Assembly: GCA_963707505.1 (NCBI GenBank)
Contig: CAVPQB010000004.1
Coordinates: 928,001-992,000, forward strand
Direction of reading: 5' to 3'
Length of the DNA stretch: 64,000 bases
Origin: an uncultured Gemmatimonadales bacterium
Lineage (GTDB): Bacteria > Gemmatimonadota > Gemmatimonadetes > Gemmatimonadales > Gemmatimonadaceae
Part shown: one piece after another, positions 39,830-50,251 of the stretch
Position numbering within the stretch: position 1 is the first letter of the stretch
Layout: every line of letters begins with the position of its first letter
Notes under the pieces: generated by a model
What the model was told of the DNA's origin: nothing
Seen by the model: the letters and a program-made list of their open reading frames with translations, nothing else
The model's database searches: none
Translations under genes and position numbers: made by a program

Positions 39830-41116
39830 ATGACCCCCCGCCACGCCCGTACCGCACGGCTGGCCTACGTCGCAATCATTCTAGTTGCAACGCTCAGCAA
39901 TCTCCACGCTGATCCCACCTGGGCAGACGTTCCGCCCCGATTCGCTCGCGCACTCGATCTCACGCCTCGCCTGAGCGATGCGATCGACGCCGTGCGCAAC
40001 ATCCTCCTCTTTGCGGGGCTCGGCGTGGTCTGGATCGCTACGAGCAGATTGCAACGTCCCGGGGCAACCCTGTTCCGCGTTGTCATCATCTCATTCCTGA
40101 TGAGTGGCTGCATCGAAGCGCTGCAACTCTTCTCGCCAGTCCGTAACGCGAGTCTCATCGATGTAACGACCGATACCATCGGCGGCCTCGCAGGCGGACT
40201 CATCACTCTGGCGGCGTTTGCGCTTATGAACGACAGAGCGGATGAGCGATCGTATTTCGGAATTCCGTCGGCGCTGCTTGCCGTGAACTATGGCGTCGCG
40301 ACGATCATGGAAGCGTTCATGCCGCTCTTCCGCCAGGATCTGTTGCCGCAGCTGGGAGGCAGTATCGGCGAGCGCATCGGGCGGGCGATTGCCGCGATCC
40401 GCCCCGATTCGATCACCCAAATCCCGCTGATCGACGTGCTCGTCTTTTTCCCCGCGGGCGTATTCGGCGCGATTGCCCTGATGGAGAGCGGCGTGTCCAC
40501 TGGCCTCGCGACGCTCATCACCATCTGCGTCGCCGCAGTCATCTATCCGCTTGTTGAAGTAGTGCACGGGGTCGCGGCCGAGCCAATCGTTCTGGGCGCT
40601 GCGCTGACTCATGTGGTGGCGGCGACGTTGGGTGCCATGTGCGCTGCTGGTGCGATGGGATCGTTCGCGGCCAGATTCCCCGTGCGGGCACGCGCGCGAA
40701 TCGTTGCCGTCGCATACTCCCTCGCGATCGCGGTATGGAGCTGGCGCCCGTTTCGGCTCGATTTATCCGCTGCCTCGATGGCGGAGCAGTTCACGTCCAG
40801 CCACCTCGTCCCCCTGAAGGCACTTGCCGAGCGCGGCGATCTGTTCAGCGTGACCGACGTCGTGGCACAGGGAGTTCTCTTCGTGCCGCTGGGCGCTCTT
40901 CTCGCCGTATGGCCTCTGCGCGTCAAGGGACCATTGCGTGGCGTGCTTCCAGCGATCTATCTCGCCATTCTACTCGAAGCCGGAAAAATACCGATCGCGG
41001 AACGGTTCATGGACGTGACTCACATCCTGATTCAGAGTGCCGGCGCCGCGCTTGGCTTTCTCCTGTTACGACGAGTGGGATACAAAATTCGGGGCGAGCT
41101 GGCCAACCATCGCTGA
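39830..41116 (+). CDS. Multi-TM protein with two VanZ-like domains
   Basis: NILLFAGLG...IEALQLF.P.R.ASLIDVTTDTIGG, and a second copy LFVPLG...LEAGK...R..DVTHIL. Confidence 0.75.
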   Translation: MTPRHARTARLAYVAIILVATLSNLHADPTWADVPPRFARALDLTPRLSDAIDAVRNILLFAGLGVVWIATSRLQRPGATLFRVVIISFLMSGCIEALQLFSPVRNASLIDVTTDTIGGLAGGLITLAAFALMNDRADERSYFGIPSALLAVNYGVATIMEAFMPLFRQDLLPQLGGSIGERIGRAIAAIRPDSITQIPLIDVLVFFPAGVFGAIALMESGVSTGLATLITICVAAVIYPLVEVVHGVAAEPIVLGAALTHVVAATLGAMCAAGAMGSFAARFPVRARARIVAVAYSLAIAVWSWRPFRLDLSAASMAEQFTSSHLVPLKALAERGDLFSVTDVVAQGVLFVPLGALLAVWPLRVKGPLRGVLPAIYLAILLEAGKIPIAERFMDVTHILIQSAGAALGFLLLRRVGYKIRGELANHR

Positions 41117-41120
41117 CGCG

Positions 41121-41852
41121 CTATTTGCCGGGACGAACGAGCAGCGTCTCACCCGCTCGAATCCGGTCACTCGCAAGATGATTCCATTCTCTGAGCTGTG
41201 CCGGTGTAGCGTTGTAGCGTGAAGCGATGACGGACAGCGCATCGCCGCGCTCGACGACATAGTGCAACGGTTGCTTGAGCAGATCCGCAAGCTGCTGCCG
41301 GAGCTCTCGCTCCTGCGCAGCGGCCGCGCGTTCCTGCATCTTGCGTTTCTGCAGATAACCAACCAGCGAATCCAACTGGTCTTCATAACCCGATGAGGCC
41401 GCGTACTCTTCCGTGCGCGTGCCTCTGCCGAGCACTACGCCGTGCGCGGTGAGCGAGTAGACACGCTGAAGCGAAGTCGATAGAAGCGTGTCATTCGGAA
41501 ATTCGCTCGTGAGGATCGCCGCCGGAGCGTCGGCACCGGCCAGCTTGTCGCGCGGCTCCACGCCGATGAACAACACGCGCTCAGGCGTCGCGACAAGAAG
41601 TCCGTTCGCCGCGCGGAAATAATTGGCTGGACGTCGCCGGTACACCCGCGCGATTCGTACCGCGTGCTCGTCGTAATGCAGCGCACCACCATCGAGCTCC
41701 CGCGTGGCATATGACCACGCCGCGGCTGGATCGACCTGGCGCATGAGGAACAGATATCCCACGGCGGCTACTACCGCTATGAGCGTTATCGTACCAACCA
41801 GGAAACGCCGAATGAAACGGCCAGCCCGGTAAAGGCCTTCGGTCTCTCTCAC
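41121..41852 (-). CDS. Membrane-anchored protein with C-terminal LysM domain
   Basis: N-terminal TM, coiled coil, YVVERGDALSVIASRYNATPAQLREWNHL...I.AGETLLV. Confidence 0.85.
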   Translation of the reverse strand: MRETEGLYRAGRFIRRFLVGTITLIAVVAAVGYLFLMRQVDPAAAWSYATRELDGGALHYDEHAVRIARVYRRRPANYFRAANGLLVATPERVLFIGVEPRDKLAGADAPAAILTSEFPNDTLLSTSLQRVYSLTAHGVVLGRGTRTEEYAASSGYEDQLDSLVGYLQKRKMQERAAAAQERELRQQLADLLKQPLHYVVERGDALSVIASRYNATPAQLREWNHLASDRIRAGETLLVRPGK

Positions 41853-41891
41853 TGGCCAGATTCGGACCGGTCGTCCAGTCCGCGTAAACAG

Positions 41892-41930
41892 TTGACGTAT
41901 AGGATCAGTATGGCTATCATTATACGTATA
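41892..41930 (+). promoter_or_regulatory. Sigma70 promoter plus palindromic operator upstream of the XRE gene
   Basis: TTGACG-17 bp-TATCAT followed by palindrome TATACGTATA. Confidence 0.6.
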
Positions 41931-41956
41931 GCAGTAATGGCATTAACTAGATAAGT

Positions 41957-42532
41957 ATGGCCGTGTGGATTGGCAGGGACCTGGAGCGTATCCGAAAGCT
42001 CCGAGGTCTGCGCCGAGAGGACGTTGCCGCCCAGTTATCGCTGTCCCCGTCAACCATACGTAACATCGAGCATGACGAGAGGTATAACGTCTCGCTCGAT
42101 TTGTTGCGACAGGTAGCCGAGGTATTGGGCGCAACGGTTCGGATCTCGATAGAGGTTCCGGAGCAGGTAGAATCGGAAGACACGTCGGTTTCGGAGCCGA
42201 TCGTGACAGAACGTCAGGATGGCCGCCGTGTCGTTACAAACGAGCGGTTCATTCGGCTTGTGCGTGAGCGGTACCCCGACTGTCCGCTGACCAATTCTCA
42301 GATCGGTCGACGGATGTGGCAGTTCGCTCACTCGCGCGGTGCCGTGCTCGTAAGGGAACGTAAGCAACTGCGCCCATCGCCTGTTCCATCGACGGCGACG
42401 TATCGTGTTCCGACTACTTCGGCGGAATACGCGATGCGTGAGGGCGACATCGCTGTGCTCGACAGGTTTGCGGACCGGCTCGGGCGCGCTTTCAAGGATG
42501 GGAAGGGGCGCGTGCTGGTCCCGATCAAATAA
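41957..42532 (+). CDS. XRE/Cro-family HTH regulator with unknown C-terminal domain
   Basis: IRKLRGLRREDVAAQLSLSPSTIRNIE...SLDLLRQVAEVLG. Confidence 0.85.
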   Translation: MAVWIGRDLERIRKLRGLRREDVAAQLSLSPSTIRNIEHDERYNVSLDLLRQVAEVLGATVRISIEVPEQVESEDTSVSEPIVTERQDGRRVVTNERFIRLVRERYPDCPLTNSQIGRRMWQFAHSRGAVLVRERKQLRPSPVPSTATYRVPTTSAEYAMREGDIAVLDRFADRLGRAFKDGKGRVLVPIK

Positions 42533-42543
42533 GGGAGTCGAGT

Positions 42544-43221
42544 TTGGTTCAGTTATTCGATAGACGCGAGACGGCGGCAGAAGTAAAATCGGCGCCGCGT
42601 AGCGCATGGCAGTGGGTCGGGACGGTAAAATCGGTGAGCCACTTCATCGCTGCCGGTGCGCTTCTCGCCGCGGGTGTGGTATTCACGGCACAGTTGCCGG
42701 CTCCCACGCTGCGAAAGCCGGCAGCTGGAATCCAGATGGCGGGAGCGATCATCGAAGCTCCGTCATTCAGCAGGGAAGCATTCCGGCTCTCTGAAGTGCT
42801 CCAGCATTACACCTCCGATCAGGCGACCGCGGACAGGATCGCGGGCGCGATAGTGGATGAGGGAACCCGCCGCAATCTCGATCCGGCGCTGCTGGTAGGT
42901 GTGCTCCTTACGGAAGACGTGACACTGGATACAACGGCGCGCAGCTTCGTCGGCGCACGTGGCCTGATGCAGGTGATGCCGGACCATGCCGGAAAGTGGG
43001 GTTGCAGCTCCTCGAATCTGTTCTCTATCGAATCCAACATCTGTCACGGCGCGAGCATCCTCCAGGACAACGTGCGCAATTCGCCCAACATGCGCACGGC
43101 ACTTCTCAGGTACAATGGCTGCGTCCACGGCAGCAATACACCCGGATGCCACAGTTATCCTGACAAGGTGATGCGGGCAGCCAATCGCACCACGGCACAA
43201 ATGCTGGCGCTGGCTGAGTAG
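42544..43221 (+). CDS. Lytic transglycosylase (SLT domain)
   Basis: LDPALLVGVLLTE, ARSFVGARGLMQVMP, NICHGA.IL, ALLRYNG, Y..KV. Confidence 0.85.
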   Translation: MVQLFDRRETAAEVKSAPRSAWQWVGTVKSVSHFIAAGALLAAGVVFTAQLPAPTLRKPAAGIQMAGAIIEAPSFSREAFRLSEVLQHYTSDQATADRIAGAIVDEGTRRNLDPALLVGVLLTEDVTLDTTARSFVGARGLMQVMPDHAGKWGCSSSNLFSIESNICHGASILQDNVRNSPNMRTALLRYNGCVHGSNTPGCHSYPDKVMRAANRTTAQMLALAE

Positions 43222-43249
43222 ACTGCGGTTGTAACCGATACAGTTACAC

Positions 43250-43291
43250 GAATGCCCCCGACGGATCACATGTGATCCGTCGGGGGCATTC
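43250..43291. terminator. Perfect 42-bp palindrome between convergent genes
   Basis: GAATGCCCCCGACGGATCACA/TGTGATCCGTCGGGGGCATTC. Confidence 0.75.
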
Positions 43292-43317
43292 TGCATTCAT
43301 CCCTGCCAACTCTCTCG

Positions 43318-43875
43318 TTACATCTCCGGCTTTGCGCCCTTCGCGGTAGGCGGAAGGATTCCGTTCAGCCGCAGATAGATCGCCGATGCCCCATAGTGGT
43401 CGGACCAGTCTCCGACGAGCGATACCATCGCACCACCACGCGAAATCTTTCGTCCGCCGAAGAACGGCACCACATCGCCCAGCTTCGAGTCGTCGACGGG
43501 AGCGAGCGTGGTTGTGCAGTAGTCGAACGACTCCTTGATCCGCGCAACTATGGAATCCTTGCTGGCCGTCGGTGCGAGCTTGGCTTGCTGCGGAGCCTTG
43601 GTGCCGGCGATCGTTGCGCACATGAACTCATTGGATCCGGCAACGTGCAGCATGAGTTGGCCAAAGCTCATCTGTGCCGGCGTTGGCTTGAAACCATACT
43701 TCTCCGACGGCATTGCCTCGGCGGCCGCCGTGAGGTTTCGCTGCGAGCTCTTCAGCTCGTTCTTCAGCGTGGTCGAGATGGGGTTCGGCTCAGTTTCCTG
43801 CGCGGCGAGTGGCACCGTGGCCGAAACGGATAGGATGCATACTGATAGCGCGATACCGGTGCGAATCGATCGCAT
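43318..43875 (-). CDS. Secreted DinB-family protein
   Basis: True start MRSIRTG; AAEAMP.EKYGFKP, SFGQLMLHVA, HYG...YLRLNGI.PP. Confidence 0.85.
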   Translation of the reverse strand: MRSIRTGIALSVCILSVSATVPLAAQETEPNPISTTLKNELKSSQRNLTAAAEAMPSEKYGFKPTPAQMSFGQLMLHVAGSNEFMCATIAGTKAPQQAKLAPTASKDSIVARIKESFDYCTTTLAPVDDSKLGDVVPFFGGRKISRGGAMVSLVGDWSDHYGASAIYLRLNGILPPTAKGAKPEM

Positions 43876-44049
43876 TTTTACTGCCTTCCCTTGAGAGGTG
43901 GAATTATGACGTCCGAAGACTGCTGAAACGTGCCCTCCGCATGGCAGTCGCCGCAAGGATGAAGCTGCGAACGGCCTGGGACTGCGTTCAGACGGCGGCA
44001 CCATCGGCACCCTCTCGAAAAAACCCGCCACGGGTGCCACGTTTGTTTC

Positions 44050-45356
44050 ATGAAAAATCGCCAATCCTCCATTCTGATCGGCGTCGCTGCCTTGTCGATC
44101 GGCTTCGCGGCGCCGCTTTCGGCACAGAGAACCGTCAAGCCTGACACCGCAACTCCCATTCTCCTGATCCCGGACCAGGTGTTCGACGCGCCCGCAGGCG
44201 TCGAGCGGCCGGGCTGGGTCGTGCTGGTACGTGGCGAGAAGATCGTGGCCGCCGGACCGCGCGGCAGCGTCGATGTGCCAGCTGGCACGCGCCAGATCGC
44301 GCTCGCCGGAACGACGCTCATGCCGGGGCTCATCGAAGCTCACTCGCACATGATGCTGCATCCGTACAACGAGACATCGTGGAACGATCAGGTTCTGAAG
44401 GAGCCGCTGGCACTGCGTGTTGCGAGAGCGACCGTCAGCGCGCGCAACACGCTGCTCGCCGGCTTCACGACGACGCGCGACCTCGGCACCGAGGGTGCTG
44501 GCGACGCCGACGTCGGCCTCAAACAGGCGATCGAGCAGAAGATCATTCCAGGACCGCGCATGCTCGTGGTGACGCGCGCGATCGTCGCGACCGGAAGCTA
44601 CGGTCCCAAGGGTTTCGATCCGCGCTGGGACGTGCCGCAAGGCGCGCAGGAAGCGAGTGGCATCGACGGAGTCATGCTCGCCACGCGCGAGCAGATCAAG
44701 CACGGTGCGGATTGGATCAAGGTGTACGCCGACTATCGATGGGGTCCGCACGGCGAGGCGGAGCCGACGTTCACGGAGGAAGAGTTGAAAGCGATTGTCG
44801 ACGTCGCGCATTCGAGCGGCCGAATGGTAACGGTGCATTCGGCGACGGCGGAAGGGATGCGTCGCTCGGTCCTCGCCGGAGTGAATACGATCGAGCATGG
44901 CGATGGCGGCACGCCGGAAGTGTTTCGCCTGATGGCCCAGCACGGCGTGGCGTTGTGTCCGACGCTCGCCGCAGGTGATGCGATTGCGCAATACGGCGGT
45001 TGGCGAAAGGGAGTCGATCCGGAGCCGGCGGGGATCACCGCCAAGCGCGCGAGCTTCAAGGCTGCACTGGCTGCTGGAGTCACAATCATCGCCGGAGGCG
45101 ATGTCGGCGTGTTCACGCACGGTGACAATGCTCGCGAGATCGAGATGATGGTGGACTACGGAATGACACCGGTCGCTGCGCTCCAGTCGGCAACGTCGAC
45201 GTCAGCACGTGTACTGGACTCGGCGACCGCCTCGGCGCCGTCAAGCCGGGACTGTACGCAGATCTGATTGCGGTGTCAGGCGATCCGCTCACGGACATTC
45301 ACGCGATCCGTCAGGTTCGCATGGTGATGAAGGGCGGGGAGATATTCAAGCAATAA
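44050..45356 (+). CDS. Secreted metal-dependent amidohydrolase, Xaa-Pro dipeptidase-like (frameshift near 45220)
   Basis: [32 protein letters not shown]-terminus [19 protein letters not shown]...VMKGG in the shifted frame, stop at 45356. Confidence 0.88.
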
Positions 45357-45380
45357 ATTCGAAGTTTTCCCGCTGACGAT

Positions 45381-45486
45381 TCGTCATCCCCGCGAAAGCG
45401 GGGATCCATCTGGTGCCGAGTACTTTCCGGCGATCATCGCACTCGGATATCGATAACATGGGTTCCCGCTTTCGCGGGAACGACGA
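45381..45486. repeat. REP/dRS3-like inverted-repeat element (MITE-like)
   Basis: TCGTCATCCCCGCGAAAGCGGGGATCCAT ... ATGGGTTCCCGCTTTCGCGGGAACGACGA with an internal CCGAGT/ACTCGG stem. Confidence 0.8.
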
Positions 45487-45491
45487 CCAAA

Positions 45492-47372
45492 CTACTTGTA
45501 GCCGGCCGCCTGCATCGTGAACAGCTCGTTGTACAGACCGCCGTTGGCGAGCAGTTCCTCGTGCGTGCCTTCTTCTTCGAGCTGTCCGTTGCGCAGCACG
45601 AGAATGCGATCGGCCATTCGCACAGTCGAGAACCGGTGCGATATCAGCACCGCCATTCTGCCCGCGACAAGCTCCGAGAAGCGCAGGAACACTTCGTATT
45701 CCGCGCGAGCGTCCAACGCAGCCGTCGGCTCGTCCAGTATCAGGACCTGCGCTGCGCGAAGGTACGCGCGCGCGAGAGCTACCTTCTGCCACTCGCCGCC
45801 AGAGAGATCGACGCCGTTCTCGAACCTGCGGCCGAGCATCTGACGGTATCCTTCCTTGAATCGCGGAAGGAGCGACGCGGCCAGCGACTGCTCGGCGGCG
45901 TTCTCGATCAGCGACGGGACAGGTTGATCCATTCCCTCCAATGCCTGCTCGACGGCGTTGATTTCGCCGACGCCGATGTTTTCGTCGAAGCGCATGTCGT
46001 AGCGCACGAAATCCTGGAAGATCACACCGATGGTCGAGCGCACTGACGCGAGGTCGTACTCGCGAAGATCCTTCCCATCGAGCAGAATACGCCCTTCGCT
46101 GGGATCGTACAGCCGAGCGAGCAACTTGGTGACCGTCGTTTTGCCAGCACCATTCTCGCCCACGAGCGCGATTCGCTCGCCGGGATTGAGCGTGAAATTG
46201 AGGCCGCGGACGGCCCAGCGCTCCTCGCTGCCTGGATACTGAAACCCAACATTCTCGAAGGTGAATCCTTCGCGAATCGGATCGGGGACGGGCGGCGCAT
46301 TCAAGCGTCCGGAGATGGTCGGCTTCATGTCGAAGAATTCGAACAGATCGCGCAGATACAACGCCTGCTCGTAGACGCCGCTCGCGGCCATCAGGATGCT
46401 CTGGATCACATCGCGCCCGCGGCCAAACGATGCCGCAAGAAAGGTCAGCGTTCCGACGGTGATCTGGCCGCGCACCGCGCTCAGCAGGATGATCACATAC
46501 GCGGCGTAATATCCGACTGTGCCGAGGAATGAGAGAAGGGTGCTGACGATCGCGCGACGAACGGAGAGTTTCTTGTTCTCGTCGAAGAAACGCTGCGACA
46601 GCTCGTCATATTTTCGCGTGAGCCAGCCGGCGAGTCCGAACATGTGGACTTCCTTCGCGGTCTCATCGCTTGCGCCTACGTAGCGCAGGTAGTCGAGTTG
46701 GCGGCGCTCCGGCGTCCAGCGGAAGAGCAACGAGTATCCCAGCGATGCGTAGTGCGTTTCGCCCAGGAAACTCGGCACGATCGCGATCACGAGCAACACA
46801 AGCAGCCACGGACTGTTGACGACGAGCGCGCCGGCAAGAGTGATGAGCGTAAGGAAGTCCTGGCCGATACCCAAAAGTTGAGTGAGCAACGCGATGCGCC
46901 CAACTGTCTGCCGTCGCGCTCGCTCCAGATGATCGTAGAAATCCGGGTTCTCGAACTGGGCGAGATCGAGTGTCGCGGCGTGCTGCATCAGCCGCACGCT
47001 CATCCTGTTCGAGAAGAGATCACTCAGCAGGCTCTCGACGAGGGCCGATACGCGCGCCATGATCTCGCCGGCCGCGACGATGGCGAGCTCCATAGCGATA
47101 TAGCGCCACAGCGCGGTGAGCGTCCCGTTGCCGGCACGCGCTGCAATCACTCCGTCGATTATGAGCTTGCCGATCCAGAACGTCGCGACAGGTATGAACG
47201 CCCGTGCGACGCGTAGCAGCATCATCGTGAGCGCGTAGCCGCGATGTGTCTCCCACACCATGCGCACGAGTGGCGGGACATACCGCAGAGCCGCGCGGCG
47301 CTCGGCCCACGTCGCGTTCTCTGCTTCCGCGCGATCGCGAGCACGCCCGCCGTGGCCGCCTACACCGGCCAT
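45492..47372 (-). CDS. ABC exporter, fused permease/ATP-binding protein
   Basis: TMD; GENGAGKT, LSGGEWQK, ILDEPT, ISHRFS. Confidence 0.93.
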   Translation of the reverse strand: MAGVGGHGGRARDRAEAENATWAERRAALRYVPPLVRMVWETHRGYALTMMLLRVARAFIPVATFWIGKLIIDGVIAARAGNGTLTALWRYIAMELAIVAAGEIMARVSALVESLLSDLFSNRMSVRLMQHAATLDLAQFENPDFYDHLERARRQTVGRIALLTQLLGIGQDFLTLITLAGALVVNSPWLLVLLVIAIVPSFLGETHYASLGYSLLFRWTPERRQLDYLRYVGASDETAKEVHMFGLAGWLTRKYDELSQRFFDENKKLSVRRAIVSTLLSFLGTVGYYAAYVIILLSAVRGQITVGTLTFLAASFGRGRDVIQSILMAASGVYEQALYLRDLFEFFDMKPTISGRLNAPPVPDPIREGFTFENVGFQYPGSEERWAVRGLNFTLNPGERIALVGENGAGKTTVTKLLARLYDPSEGRILLDGKDLREYDLASVRSTIGVIFQDFVRYDMRFDENIGVGEINAVEQALEGMDQPVPSLIENAAEQSLAASLLPRFKEGYRQMLGRRFENGVDLSGGEWQKVALARAYLRAAQVLILDEPTAALDARAEYEVFLRFSELVAGRMAVLISHRFSTVRMADRILVLRNGQLEEEGTHEELLANGGLYNELFTMQAAGYK

Positions 47373-47373
47373 T

Positions 47374-48475
47374 CTAAGTCGCGACCGAGTGGCCGGCTGC
47401 TTCCCACGCTGACATTCCGCCGCGGAGCTCGTGGACGTCGTCAAAGCCGAATGCGTCGAGCGTGGCCGCCCCGACTGCTGATCGACTGCCGCGTTGACAG
47501 TGCAGTATGATCGCGCGGTCGCGCGGAATCTCGTCGAGTCGCGTATGTAGCGTGGGAAGTGGGATCAGTGTCGCGCTGGGTATGTGGCCGCGACGCCACT
47601 CGTCATCATTGCGGACATCGATGATCAGCGCGTTCACGTTGGCGCCAAGGCCAGCTACCTCATCGCTCGTCATCATGCGCGGTAGGGTAAGATTGCGCGG
47701 CACGGTGGCGTCGCGATTGCGCGCTTTCATCGCTCCGAAGTACGGCGGAGCGGGAGGTTGGCCGTCGAGAACACGCTCGACGAATTCGGACTCTGCCATC
47801 GGAGCCAGAGCCCAATTGGCGACACGCTCGTAGCCCAGCGTCGACTGTGCCGCAGAGCTCATTGCCTTGCCGCATGCGGAGCCGGCGCCATGGCCTGGCC
47901 AGATCTGAAGATGATCCGGGAGTCGTTTGAACGTCTGAATCGACGCGTACAACGATGCCGCTGCGTCGCGCATGGTGCCCGCCTGACCAGCGGCGCGCTC
48001 GAGCAAGTCCGGACGGCCGACGTCACCGACGAAGATGAAATCGCCCGTGAGCGCACCAACTGGGACGTCGCTGCGCGCGCCATCGGTCAGCAGAAACGTC
48101 AGGTGCTCCGGTGTATGGCCGGGAGTGTGACGCACGTCGAGCCGCACCATTCCGATAGAAATATCGTCACCCGCATGCAGGATGTTCACACCGGGCTCGT
48201 GCGCAAAGGAATATTGCCACCCGTCACCGCCCTCGCCGGAGACGTGGAGCTGCGCGCCGGTCGTCGCGGCAAGTGCGCGTGCGCCGGATGCAAAATCGGC
48301 GTGGATGTGTGTCTCGGTCACAGCGGTGATCCGAACACCTTCGTCGCGCGCTGCCCGGAGGTACGTCTCGATGTCCATGTTCGGATCGACGACGATCGCT
48401 GTCGGAGGTCCGCTCGCAGGCGATCATGTAGCTGGCCTGGGCAAGCGAGTCGTCGTAGAATCGGCGAAAGATCAT
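47374..48475 (-). CDS. MBL-fold persulfide dioxygenase-like protein fused to rhodanese (frameshift near 48400)
   Basis: LAQASY, ETHIHADF, TPGHTPEH, GDVGRPDL, PGHGAGSACGK, rhodanese HCQRGSRS. Confidence 0.88.
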
Positions 48476-48607
48476 GATTCGGCTGATGCGGGCGTTGGCG
48501 AGCTCTGTACGCGTGGCATAACAAGATAAGCAGAATCAAAAGGCCGCCTGTCAGAACCGGTTTCGGCATGAGCCACACCGGGGATCGCGACCCGGTAAAT
48601 TGTCCGC

Positions 48608-49423
48608 ATGACTGCAGCGATAGTTACCGAAGGATTGCGCAAGGTGTACCCGGCCGCTGGCGGGTCGGGCATGCCCGGCGGCCAGGCGGGCTGGGCGCCG
48701 TCGGCGAGTGCGCAACCACGCGGCGGCGGCGAAACTGTTGCGCTGGAAGGGCTGGACCTGGTAGTCGAGGAGGGCGAGTTTTTTGGACTCATCGGCCCCA
48801 ACGGCGCCGGCAAGACGACGACCATCGGCGTTCTGACGACTCGTGTGATTCCGACCGGTGGGGTCGCTCACGTGGCCGGCGCCGACGTCGTGCGCCAGAG
48901 CGTGACGGTGCGGCAGCGGATCGGCGTGGTACCGCAGCGGCCGAACCCGGACCGCTCGCTGGATGCCTGGGAAAATCTCATCTACCATGCCGCATATTTC
49001 GGCGTGAACCGCAAGGAAGCTGCGCGGCGCGCGGCCGAGCTTCTGGATCGGCTGGGAATCTCCGACAAGGCGCGTATGAAGGTCGATCAGCTTAGCGGCG
49101 GCCAGCAACAGCGGTTGATGATCGCGCGCGCACTGATCCACGAGCCGACCATCCTCTTTCTGGACGAGCCGACGGTCGGTCTCGATCCCAATGCACGCAA
49201 CTCGCTGTGGGAGATACTTCGCGATCTGCACGCACAGGGACGCACGATAGTGATGACGACGCACTACATGCCGGAAGCCGATGAACTGAGCGATCGCATC
49301 GCGCTCATCGATCGCGGGCGCCTGCTTGCGCTCGACACGCCGGAGAATCTCAAGAAGCAGACACCGGACGGCTCGCTCGAAACGTTCTTCATCGCAAAGT
49401 CAGGGCGCGGGTGGGACGCGTGA
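48608..49423 (+). CDS. ABC-2 transporter ATP-binding subunit (DrrA/NodI-like)
   Basis: GPNGAGKT, LSGGQQQR, LDEPTVGLD, TTHYM. Confidence 0.93.
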   Translation: MTAAIVTEGLRKVYPAAGGSGMPGGQAGWAPSASAQPRGGGETVALEGLDLVVEEGEFFGLIGPNGAGKTTTIGVLTTRVIPTGGVAHVAGADVVRQSVTVRQRIGVVPQRPNPDRSLDAWENLIYHAAYFGVNRKEAARRAAELLDRLGISDKARMKVDQLSGGQQQRLMIARALIHEPTILFLDEPTVGLDPNARNSLWEILRDLHAQGRTIVMTTHYMPEADELSDRIALIDRGRLLALDTPENLKKQTPDGSLETFFIAKSGRGWDA

Positions 49424-50250
49424 GCGCCACTACTGCTTCATTGCCGGTTGCGTCGATCGCAAATCCGCATCCGCCGGTAGCGGCCGGACGCGTTTTCGTC
49501 GCACTGCTCAGCCGCGATCTCCGAGTCGCACGTCGCGAGCTGCCGTTCTTTCTCATAAGAACTGTGATGCAACCGATTCTGTTCGTGATCGTATTCGGTT
49601 ATCTGCTTCCCAAGATGGGCTTCACACAACCTGGCTATCAGGCTGCACTGCTGCCTGGTATTCTTGCGTTGAGCCTGATGCTCGCATCCGCGCAATCGGT
49701 TACGCTTCCCATGGTCACCGAGTTCGGCTGGACCAAGGAGATCGAAGACCGTCTGCTCGCGCCAGTCAGCATCGACCTCGTTGCGATCGAGAAAATCGTC
49801 AACGCAATGATTCAGGGAATCATCGCCGCGATTGTAGTGCTGCCGCTCGCGCGGCTCGTGATGGGACCGGTGCCGGGATTCACGTTCTCTCATTTCCCCG
49901 AGCTGACCCTCGTGGTAATACTGTCTGCCGCAGCTGCATCGGCGTTCGGACTGCTGCTTGGCGTTCTCATCAGCCCGCAGCAAATCGGCTTCATGTTCAG
50001 TCTGATCATCACGCCGATGATCTTCTTCGGTTGCGCGTACTATCCATGGCGCGGGCTCGACGTAGTCCCGTGGCTCAAGTACGCGGTGCTGATCAATCCG
50101 CTGGTTTACATATCCGAGGGGTTGCGCGCATCGCTCACTCCTTCGGTGCCGCACATGCCGTTCATGGCAATCATCGCTGCCCTGGTTGTGCTCACGGCGG
50201 GCTTCACCTGGGCGGCTCTCGTGCGATTCAGGATGCGGGCTCTTGGCTGA
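49420..50250 (+). CDS. ABC-2 transporter permease
   Basis: Six TMs; IEDRLLAP; NPLVYISEGLR; GTGA overlap. Confidence 0.9.
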   Translation: MSATTASLPVASIANPHPPVAAGRVFVALLSRDLRVARRELPFFLIRTVMQPILFVIVFGYLLPKMGFTQPGYQAALLPGILALSLMLASAQSVTLPMVTEFGWTKEIEDRLLAPVSIDLVAIEKIVNAMIQGIIAAIVVLPLARLVMGPVPGFTFSHFPELTLVVILSAAAASAFGLLLGVLISPQQIGFMFSLIITPMIFFGCAYYPWRGLDVVPWLKYAVLINPLVYISEGLRASLTPSVPHMPFMAIIAALVVLTAGFTWAALVRFRMRALG

Positions 50251-50251
50251 C

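Noticed and set aside
43250..43291. CRISPR repeat or transposon end
   Set aside because: A single palindrome between convergent genes, with no spacer array or target duplication; best explained as a terminator.
43318..45120. 600-aa minus-strand ORF
   Set aside because: The N-terminal ~410 aa are the antisense shadow of the amidohydrolase; the real DinB gene starts at 43875.
28500..48420. Single frameshifts near 28508, 28910, 33240, 45220 and 48400 as programmed frameshifting
   Set aside because: No slippery heptamers are evident, these families are not known for recoding, and the same error type is abundant later in the window.
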